A stretch of 62,930 nucleotides of DNA, filler included, from Octopus bimaculoides (Eukaryota), in assembly GCF_001194135.2 (NCBI RefSeq). It is 5 parts of 5 records of this genome, joined end to end, with 100 filler letters (N's around TTAATTAATTAA, not from the genome) between each part and the next. Parts side by side here need not be neighbours in the genome. Positions count along the whole stretch, not along the records: positions 45,974 to 56,674 come from NC_068992.1; positions 56,775 to 59,221 come from NC_069010.1; positions 59,322 to 62,930 come from NC_068996.1; 2 more parts are not named here. One strand, 5' to 3'. The notes beneath the pieces are model-generated. The model worked only from the letters and a program-made list of their open reading frames with translations, did not search any database and was not told the DNA's origin. Below, in pieces: positions 52,514 through 62,930 of this stretch. A program made the position numbers and the translations under genes. The number at the start of each line of letters is the position of its first letter. Positions within the stretch are counted from its first letter, which is position 1.

Positions 52514-52557
52514 CATTAACATTAACCTGCATTTGAGAATAAAAATATATACATATA

Positions 52558-52599
<42 letters not shown>

Positions 52600-52614
52600 A
52601 TACAAATAATAAAT

Positions 52615-52810
52615 GAGTATATGCATATATACGTACATGTATGTACATACCTACATCTACATGTATATATAGATGCATATCTGGGTACAGGACGTTGCAA
52701 AAAATAACGGAGACAAAATGATAAACAGAGTACAGAAAACACACAGGCCACATAGAGAACATTTCCTTCATCAGCTGCCACCATTCTAAAACTAAGCGTT
52801 TCGAAGAGTT
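52615..52810 (-). mobile_element. Truncated non-coding retroelement-like repeat, related to 48530-48788
   Basis: Same shared blocks as the 48.6-kb copy; minus strand contains TTCGAAACGC and CTGATGAAGG. Confidence 0.55.
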
Positions 52811-53571
52811 ATATATATATACATATATACATACATACATGTGTTTAATTGTGTGTGTATGTGTATTCTTAGATGGTCCAGATTTGACCATACAGTTAAC
52901 ATATGCATATATAAATATGGTATTCATAGTCGGAGCGCATTCGATCGTATTTCAACTGGTTCAGAGATACCTAAAGCTAAGCAAAAAAAAGAAAAAGAAA
53001 AAGAAATAAAGAAAAAAACAGCAGCATGTAACGCGTGTGCGAATGTGAAAAACAAAATCGATAATAAATATATATCTATCCACCTGCTTCATAACGTAGT
53101 ATATAAAATGAGAGAATATTCCATACAATGGTTGCCCGCATAAAATGAAGTACAAGCCACACCGTGAACATGGCTATCGCCACCGGCACAATCATCACCA
53201 TCTGCGCTTCTGCTACAACCACCATCACTGCTAATTCAAAATGGCTGAATCACGGACAGGTCAACACGTACATCAAATGGCTCCATACATTACTTGATCA
53301 ATCGCTTACCTGCCCGTTGCTATTTTTACATTCGCATAAAACGTACTGAAGATTGTAAGTGTCTAACCGGATATGTTTTTGTTTTTTTTATATGATCGTT
53401 TGTGTGTTTGTGTGTGTTTGTGTGTGTGTGTCTGTGTGTGTGAGTCCACGTGCGTGTGCTTGTGTATGTGTGTTTTTGTTTTGTATGAAATATATATGAT
53501 TGTGTATGCGTGTGAGTATGTGTGCATAGAAACATACATATATAGAACGTGCATATATACGTACACATACA

Positions 53572-53620
<49 letters not shown>

Positions 53621-53824
53621 GTGTACATACATTTACATATGTAGATGCACACTTACATGCACACGCGTATATATAAAATATATATACATATATATAGACA
53701 TCCATATATATATACACATATATATATAAGCATATATACATGCACACATATGTAGACATATGTATATATATACGCATCTAAATACATACGCACATATATG
53801 TATATATATGTATATATATGTATA

Positions 53825-53861
<37 letters not shown>

Positions 53862-53936
53862 CTAAATACATATATACATATGTATACATATGTATATATA
53901 AATATATGTAAATATATATGTACATAAGTGTGTATG

Positions 53937-53969
<33 letters not shown>

Positions 53970-53994
53970 GTATACATACATATATACATACTCA

Positions 53995-54034
<40 letters not shown>

Positions 54035-55363
54035 CACGCACATATATTGTATGGTATGACCTCGAGTGCATTCTCCTGCGTTCGTTTCTGCATGGGTAAC
54101 TACTTACGTAAATACATATTAGAAAATAAAAAACAAAAGCAAAACTTTGAAGATCATGCCATGCATAAATGCATACGATATAGAACTAGGCATGATGTAG
54201 TTAACAAGAAATACGACACGCAAACTTAATCGCGATGTTCTTGGTTCGATCCCACTCTGCAATATATCTGGTCGAGTTTCCAAAGCCTTTTGACGAAAAT
54301 AGACAAACGGAAATTGTACTGAAACAGGTTAGTAGCGGCTGGCTGTAATTCAAAAAGCCACCCTCGTCACGTTGATTCTGCTTCGATAGTATGTTAAGCA
54401 TGGAAGTGTCTGTTGAATAATAAACCACTCACACTATAATTCAATAGAGGAATCGGAGGGGAGTCTCAGGAACATAACCTTTTCAAAACACATTGCCGAA
54501 GTCAACATAAAATCCACAATGTGTTGCATGTGTTATATTCAGTTATTATACTATGAGCCTTACATAATCACTTTCTCTCCCTAACTCGCAAAGCCTTTAT
54601 AAAAATATTATTTTTGTAGTATATATATATGAATATATATATATGTATATATGTATATGTGNNNNNNNNNNTATATATAAATATATATATATATATAAAT
54701 ATATATACATACATATATATGTATGCATATATATGTGTGTATATATACATACACTACGCGCGCGCCCCCGTATATATACATATTTGTATGTATACATGCA
54801 TGCATATATATGTGTATGTACATAACTCAGTGTATGTATGTGTGTGTATATGTGCGTGTGCGTGTGTGAGTGCGTGTATGTGCGTGTATGTGTGTGTGTG
54901 TGTGTGTGTGAGTGTGTGCACAATTCAATAAATATATTTACATGCATCTATATAATAAAAAAAAAACAATAAGAGAAAACGAGAAGCAGCGACATTAAAC
55001 CGAACATGAATTATACACCCACACAAAAATGTTCAACGCATTATATTATTCCGAAAACAACAAGAGTTAAAATAACTGTTTATGGCCACTTTAGATCTCG
55101 CGGTGTATCGTCTGCATGGACCGGAATCTCTGACGAACATTATTGCCGCCACTTCATTTGCTGCTGAATTCTTTCTCTCCATTCCTCCGTCGCCCAACTT
55201 TTCTATCTCTTCCCCTCCCTCTCATTCCCTATCTCACCTTTTCCTTTGCCTTCTCTCTTTTTACCCTTTCTCTGTATATTTATATATACGTATATAATTT
55301 GTATATAGAGAGAGCTAAGTAGAGAGATAGACAGACAGACAGACAGACAGATAGAGCGAGAGA

Positions 55364-55395
<32 letters not shown>

Positions 55396-55453
55396 CAGAG
55401 AGAGAGAGAAATAGGTGGACAGACCAGCATCCGTGGGTATTTACAAATTCGAA

Positions 55454-55510
<57 letters not shown>

Positions 55511-56605
55511 GTTTGTCTCTCACTCTATATATACACATATACTTCAGTGTGCCTCTGTGAGAGAGAGAGAGAGCGAAGGAGAGAGAGAGAGAGTGTGCGT
55601 GTACGTGTAGTGATATATATATATATANNNNNNNNNNNNNNNNNNNNNNNNNNNNNNNNNNNNNNNNNNNNNNNNNNNNNNNNNNNNNNNNNNNNNNNNN
55701 NNNNNNNNNNNNNNNNNNNNNNNNNNNNNNNNNNNNNNNNNNNNNNNNNNNNNNNNNNNNNNNNNNNNNNNNNNNNNNNNNNNNNNNNNNNNNNNNNNNN
55801 NNNNNNNNNNNNNNNNNNNNNNNNNNNNNNNNNNNNNNNNNNNNNNNNNNNNNNNNNNNNNNNNNNNNNNNNNNNNNNNNNNNNNNNNNNNNNNNNNNNN
55901 NNNNNNNNNNNNNNNNNNNNNNNNNNNNNNNNNNNNNNNNNNNNNNNNNNNNNNNNNNNNNNNNNNNNNNNNNNNNNNNNNNNNNNNNNNNNNNNNNNNN
56001 NNNNNNNNNNNNNNNNNNNNNNNNNNNNNNNNNNNNNNNNNNNNNNNNNNNNNNNNNNNNNNNNNNNNNNNNNNNNNNNNNNNNNNNNNNNNNNNNNNNN
56101 NNNNNNNNNNNNNNNNNNNNNNNNNNNNNNNNNNNNNNNNNNNNNNNNNNNNNNNNNNNNNNNNNNNNNNNNNNNNNNNNNNNNNNNNNNNNNNNNNNNN
56201 NNNNNNNNNNNNNNNNNNNNNNNNNNNNNNNNNNNNNNNNNNNNNNNNNNNNNNNNNNNNNNNATATATATATATATATATATATACATACATATATATA
56301 AATAGAAATATGTATAAACATACATACATAGACACACGCATAAATGTAGATATATATATACACAGATATATACGCTTATGTGTGTGTGCGTGTGTGCGTA
56401 TGTGCATCATTGCGTGTAAAAGTGCTTATGTATGTGGGCGTACGCGTTTGTGTATGTATCTATACATAATTATGTACATTATATATACATACATACACAT
56501 ATACTTATATACACTCATAAAAAGAATTATATATATATATGCATATATATGTGCGTGTGTATATGTGTATATATATGTATGTATGTATGTATATATATAT
56601 GGATC

Positions 56606-56674
<69 letters not shown>

Positions 56675-57211
56675 NNNNNNNNNNNNNNNNNNNNNNNNNN
56701 NNNNNNNNNNNNNNNNNNTTAATTAATTAANNNNNNNNNNNNNNNNNNNNNNNNNNNNNNNNNNNNNNNNNNNNTATATATATATATATATATATGTATA
56801 TAAAAAAAGAAAGAATATTTGGTGGATTAGTTGTGATCACCAAGCAAAAACCCTTTTGAGTAGGGGGTAGCCCTAACTCCCTAGCAGGGCCCTGCAGTCA
56901 GTTTGTGCACTGAAATGAATGTATATATGAGTATAAAAGTATATGTATTTATTTAAGTCCATTGCAAATAATAATAATAATAATAATGGTGGTTTTAAAA
57001 TTTGCCACAATGGCAGCAATTTGGGGGGGAGAGGGGATGAGCTGATTACATCAACCCCCAGTGTTTAACCGGTACTTGTTTCATCAGCCAGGAAAGGAGG
57101 ACGAAAGGCAAAGTCAACCTCGCTGGGATTTGAACACAGAACACAAAGGCAGATGATAAATGCTGCTAAGCAATTTGCTCAGCATGCTAACGTTTCTGCC
57201 AGCTCGCTGCC

Positions 57212-57282
<71 letters not shown>

Positions 57283-58282
57283 NNNNNNNNNNNNNNNNNN
57301 NNNNNNNNNNNNNNNNNNNNNNNNNNNNNNNNNNNNNNNNNNNNNNNNNNNNNNNNNNNNNNNNNNNNNNNNNNNNNNNNNNNNNNNNNNNNNNNNNNNN
57401 NNNNNNNNNNNNNNNNNNNNNNNNNNNNNNNNNNNNNNNNNNNNNNNNNNNNNNNNNNNNNNNNNNNNNNNNNNNNNNNNNNNNNNNNNNNNNNNNNNNN
57501 NNNNNNNNNNNNNNNNNNNNNNNNNNNNNNNNNNNNNNNNNNNNNNNNNNNNNNNNNNNNNNNNNNNNNNNNNNNNNNNNNNNNNNNNNNNNNNNNNNNN
57601 NNNNNNNNNNNNNNNNNNNNNNNNNNNNNNNNNNNNNNNNNNNNNNNNNNNNNNNNNNNNNNNNNNNNNNNNNNNNNNNNNNNNNNNNNNNNNNNNNNNN
57701 NNNNNNNNNNNNNNNNNNNNNNNNNNNNNNNNNNNNNNNNNNNNNNNNNNNNNNNNNNNNNNNNNNNNNNNNNNNNNNNNNNNNNNNNNNNNNNNNNNNN
57801 NNNNNNNNNNNNNNNNNNNNNNNNNNNNNNNNNNNNNNNNNNNNNNNNNNNNNNNNNNNNNNNNNNNNNNNNNNNNNNNNNNNNNNNNNNNNNNNNNNNN
57901 NNNNNNNNNNNNNNNNNNNNNNNNNNNNNNNNNNNNNNNNNNNNNNNNNNNNNNNNNNNNNNNNNNNNNNNNNNNNNNNNNNNNNNNNNNNNNNNNNNNN
58001 NNNNNNNNNNNNNNNNNNNNNNNNNNNNNNNNNNNNNNNNNNNNNNNNNNNNNNNNNNNNNNNNNNNNNNNNNNNNNNNNNNNNNNNNNNNNNNNNNNNN
58101 NNNNNNNNNNNNNNNNNNNNNNNNNNNNNNNNNNNNNNNNNNNNNNNTTCAGCATGTTTTGATATAAAAGTTTTTCGTTGGTTAAATATATGCATACATA
58201 AATATATATGAGTATTTATACTCACACACATATACACACATGCGTACATATGAAGTCAGGTATACATTTAATGTACATATAC

Positions 58283-58328
<46 letters not shown>

Positions 58329-58401
58329 ATATACTCTCACACATATACATACATATGCATGTATATGAAGTCAGGTATACACTTATGTATATATATACAA
58401 T

Positions 58402-58440
<39 letters not shown>

Positions 58441-58892
58441 GCTCATGTGTGTGTGTGTGTTTGTGCGTTTCTTGCTCGTTTATATATACATGTATATAAA
58501 TATACATACATACGTAACATAATCTTCGGTTTCATGGTTTGTAATTCACTATTTTCAAATGGTACATATATAAAAGATGATAAAAAGAGTTTGAATTTGG
58601 GATTTGGATGCATACACACACACACACACACACAATATATATATATATACACATACACATGAATGAACTAGGAAAAAAAAAAAAAAAACAAGCATACACA
58701 CACATATTTCTGAATATACACAGATACTGAAACATGTTACACATATACAATACAATACTGCATACATGAGTATTCTTTTGAGGAAAATATAATATATTTA
58801 GTGCAATTTTTGGGAGCAAAAATGGATACATATGTATGAATGTGTATGCCTATATGTCTGTCTCTTGGTATGTTGCCATCGGTATGACTTAA

Positions 58893-59116
58893 CCCTTTTG
58901 ATACCAACCTGGTTGAAACCACCTCTGGCTCTCTGTAGTACAAATGTCTTGTTTTCATAAGTTTTGAATTAAAATCTTCCACCAAACCTTAGTCACAATT
59001 TATGTTCCTAACACTAGCTTAATGATAACTAAGTTATTTTACTAAATTCTTTGTTATATTTAAAATTAATTGAAAGAAACACAGAGCAGCTCAAAAGAAA
59101 TATGGTAACAAAAGGG
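58893..59116. mobile_element. piggyBac-type MITE with intact TTAA TSD
   Basis: TTAA|CCCTTTTGATACC ... GGTAACAAAAGGG|TTAA (TIR 12/13 identical); 224 bp; no ORF. Confidence 0.9.
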
Positions 59117-59147
59117 TTAAAATATATAATAGAGAAACAATTCTTAA

Positions 59148-59221
59148 CCCTTTTGATACCAACCTGGTTGAAACTGCTTTTGGCTCTGTCTGTAGTACAA
59201 ATGTCTTGTTTTCATAAGTTT
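59148..59221. mobile_element. Second copy of the same piggyBac-type MITE, truncated by a gap
   Basis: TTAA|CCCTTTTGATACCAACCTGGTTGAAAC..., nearly identical to the 58893 copy with several substitutions/indels. Confidence 0.85.
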
Positions 59222-59321
59222 NNNNNNNNNNNNNNNNNNNNNNNNNNNNNNNNNNNNNNNNNNNNTTAATTAATTAANNNNNNNNNNNNNNNNNNNNNNN
59301 NNNNNNNNNNNNNNNNNNNNN

Positions 59322-59387
<66 letters not shown>

Positions 59388-60599
59388 CACGCATGCTGTG
59401 GTTGTTGCGGTTGAAGTCTGTTGCTTGTTTTGGAAATACGAACCAGTTCTCCTTGTAATAGGTTATACATTATTGGTGACCGTAGAATCTCAGTCGACTG
59501 GGTCGTCTACTGATGTTCCCAGTAGCTCTAGATTTAGCTAACAAGTTTGCTTTTCTACCAGACGGTGGTCGAGTTTTATCCACCGTGTGACACTTTCTGC
59601 AAGTGTGATATACTATACCTCTGCGTCGACCAATTCCACTCAAGTGTGTTTGGAAGACGGAAAATGCGTGGAATCTGGTCGTATGTGTGCGTGTGTTTGT
59701 GTGGGTACATATATATGTATATATATGTGTGTGTATGCATGTATATATGCTTGTATATATGAATGAATGCACACATATATATATATATATAATTATATAT
59801 ATATATATATANNNNNNNNNNNNNNNNNNNNNNNNNNNNNNNNNNNNNNNNNNNNNNNNNNNNNNNNNNNNNNNNNNNNNNNNNNNNNNNNNNNNNNNNN
59901 NNNNNNNNNNNNNNNNNNNNNNNNNNNNNNNNNNNNNNNNNNNNNNNNNNNNNNNNNNNNNNNNNNNNNNNNNNNNNNNNNNNNNNNNNNNNNNNNNNNN
60001 NNNNNNNNNNNNNNNNNNNNNNNNNNNNNNNNNNNNNNNNNNNNNNNNNNNNNNNNATATATATGTATATATATATCTTAATAATACTAAAATCCTAGAG
60101 ATGTTTGTGTGTACCCGAAATATTTCAGAGATAGTATATTTTATCTTTATTTTGTTTACTTATTTATTTTCATACTTACCTTTAGCAGTACAGTACAAAT
60201 TTTTGGGATATCTGGACCTCTATTTATTACTGAAAACGAGTAAACACAATTTTAGCTTGCTATTTCTTGACGAAAATATCATGTCTTCCGTGAGGTGAAC
60301 ACACATACACACATACAGACTACACACACACACATAATGAAGCCATAGCGTGTCAATGAACACAAACACACGTCCGCTATGTGTGACATACACACACACA
60401 CACACATAGCCTTCAGGCTCTCTAAGGGGAAAAAAAAGCTTCGGCTTTTTGACGTACGCAATATTTTTATCTATTAGGTATATTTTCAACTGAATGTGAT
60501 TGAAAAATGTAATTGTTTGTACAGTAAGTATTTATATTTTAGCTTTCTTTAAACAGACAATATTTGAATGTATTTTTAATATCATTTTTAAGTGAATGT

Positions 60600-60860
60600 A
60601 TATTCTCGAATTGTTCAATATTTTCTTTTTTTTTTTTTGTATATTTGTCGACGACTTAAAGTCCGTCTTAGAAAGTCAGTGTCGGGCATGCGTACAAGTC
60701 GTTATCTCTCAGCCGTGCTTTGGGCACGATGCCTTCAATACTTATGTCCTACCATCACAATAAAAGCTTGTCGTTGTTCACTTTGTCCCGCCCTTTTTCC
60801 CCTTCATGTACTGTTCCCTTACGCAGCCATTTTGACGTCGACGAAGGTGTAGTTACAGTA
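60600..60860 (-). promoter_or_regulatory. Candidate CpG-rich promoter / first exon
   Basis: Dense CpG; GC box CCCGCCC (60787-60793); YY1-like GCCATTTT (60826-60833); CRE-like TGACGTCG; minus strand caaaATGGCTGC|GTAAGG. Confidence 0.35.
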
Positions 60861-61497
60861 GAAGATTCACTCTTATAGACTCATAAGTCGAGTTGGAAGA
60901 GTTTGTTCTCCAATTGTTTGTCCATGAATTCTTTATCTTTTATAATTTGCTTCTTTCAGTCATTGAACTGTGACCAGTGCCGGATTAACCATTGTGGCCC
61001 GTTGACCAGGAAGGGCTCATCTTTCTGCCTCCACCCCAATTTTTTTACGATAAATTTTTCAAATATCAAACGTTCAAATTTTAATCCTAAAAGTTGTAAA
61101 AATGAAATTAATGTCAACGCTTTTACACGTTATTTTTTAATATGATATTGTATATAAACAATTCTCTATACAAAAATAAGGGTCCTCATGATTTAACTAG
61201 CATAGGGCCTCATTTGTTCTAAATCCAGAACTGACTGTGGCCATACCGGGGCCTTGCTTTAGAAGAACGAACCGAACCCAGTACTTAATTTTTAAAAGCT
61301 TGTTACTTGTCCTATCTATCTATGTCTTACGATAACAGGCTAAGTTACGGCGACGTAAACAAACATACAGAAACGATCCTTCAATTTAACTGAGATTTCC
61401 TTGAAGCAACCATGTAAGGAGTCTTATACCGTTACTTCACATGCTAAGTGCCTCAACACAGCAGTACAACGAATGCACCAATCAAACTGACACTTTT

Positions 61498-61806
61498 AGA
61501 AATTCTTGGTCTATAATCAGCAGACTTCTGGTCTATAATAACCAGATTCTTGGTCTATAATCATCAGATTCTTGATCTATGACCATTATATTCCTGGTCA
61601 ATAAATCAACAGTTTCCTGGTCTATAAAATCAGATTCCTGATCTATGATTATCAGATTCCTGGCTTATAATCAGCAGATGCCTGGTCTATGATCACTAGA
61701 TTCCTGGTCCATAAACGTCAGATTCCTGGTTCATAATCATCAGATTCCTGGTCTAAAATCATTAGATTTCCTAGTCTATAATTATCACATTCCTGGTCTA
61801 TAATCT
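61498..61806. repeat. 22-bp minisatellite (CAGATTCCTGGTCTATAATCAT, ~14 units)
   Basis: Direct tandem units of 21-23 bp with no spacers. Confidence 0.9.
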
Positions 61807-62394
61807 TCACCATAAACAATGAGTTCATTAAAGTGTTTTTTTTTTCAAGGTGATGTTTATAGCAATACGCTCAGGTGTGTGTATTTGCTTACCTGAATAT
61901 ATATATACGGCAGATTGCACACTTGAAAAGAAGAAAAAGAAACAAAATATTTGAGTAGACATTTGAATTTTCAAATAAATTTAGGGTAGCAACTTAGTCG
62001 AACCGGCTCCGTAATAGGCTAATTATCTGTATTATTGGAAGAAGAATGTATTCGTACTTGCATTCCTAAATGCATGTAAATATGCCAAAGATGACAAATC
62101 TGGAAATAACATATAACCGATTTCTTCATTGCCTTCAAGGCTTGAACGTAAGATGTGATTCTACAGAGATTTTACATATTCTCGTTTCATATATTCCATT
62201 TTGGTTACACGGAAGAATGCGTAACATTAAAACATACCATTAGCTGATTGCATAAATATTTCTTATCGAACAGTCGGTGTTTTATACCTGCTATTCTCCG
62301 GACTTGATAGCCAGCTCTACTTGGATAAATGAATGGAAATATAAATATATAAGAAAAAAACAAAGAACATGGAGTATGAGTCATCCAACAGTGG

Positions 62395-62538
62395 ATGATG
62401 ATGATAATGATGACGACGGCGATGACGATGACGACGATGATGACGACGACGATGATGACGATGACGATGATGACGATGACGATGATGACGACGCTAACGA
62501 CGATGATAATGAAGATAATACTTGTGGTGATGATGATA

Positions 62539-62620
<82 letters not shown>
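62395..62620. repeat. (GAT/GAC)n trinucleotide tract
   Basis: Gives the poly-D/poly-M/poly-H ORFs. Confidence 0.9.
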
Positions 62621-62622
<2 letters not shown>

Positions 62623-62829
62623 ATAAGGAGTGGGAGGAAGTGAAGCAGAAAATTCATGGCTTCGATAATGATGTTGGTCGAAGTGCGTGTAGGTCTCAGA
62701 AAATATTCCTAATATCAAGTATTGGCGAATATGCGTAGCATATAGGTTATAAGTATGTGTATATAAACACACGCACACTCACATACACACACGCACACAC
62801 GCAAACACACACAAACACTCACATGTCTA

Positions 62830-62930
<101 letters not shown>

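Noticed and set aside
61498-61806. CRISPR-like arrays (also 22241-22520, 44095-44450)
   Set aside because: Units are directly adjacent with no unique spacers, there are no cas genes, and the context is eukaryotic.
62277-62738. 153-aa poly-Asp ORF
   Set aside because: Openness is due to the (GAT/GAC)n tract; the flanks show no homology or splice signals.

Overview
AT-rich, gap-ridden animal genomic scaffold. The SINE families and extreme TA/CA/AAT/CAT microsatellite load suggest an octopus (coleoid cephalopod), by inference only. No protein-coding gene can be identified with confidence, and nearly all listed ORFs are microsatellite or N-gap artefacts. The window holds many tRNA-type SINE copies, MITEs (Tc1/mariner-, piggyBac- and hAT-like), and decayed transposase/RT relics (RTE LINE ~5.5-6.1 kb, piggyBac ~14.2-14.6 kb, Penelope-like ~41.9-42.8 kb, mariner ~46.4-46.9 kb). 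The most interesting signal is a set of short, sequence-distinct retroelement remnants carrying hammerhead-ribozyme folds (7832-7877 minus, 29613-29679 plus, partial 46084-46114 minus). In one of them a 53-bp inverted copy ends at the predicted self-cleavage site. Also notable: two long near-perfect hairpins (39130-39332, 52403-52513), a candidate multibranch structured RNA (21577-21708), an apparent CpG-poor/CpG-rich domain switch near 45.9 kb, and a possible CpG-rich promoter/first exon at ~60.8 kb (minus). Four 100-bp N44-TTAATTAATTAA-N44 blocks are assembly spacers.
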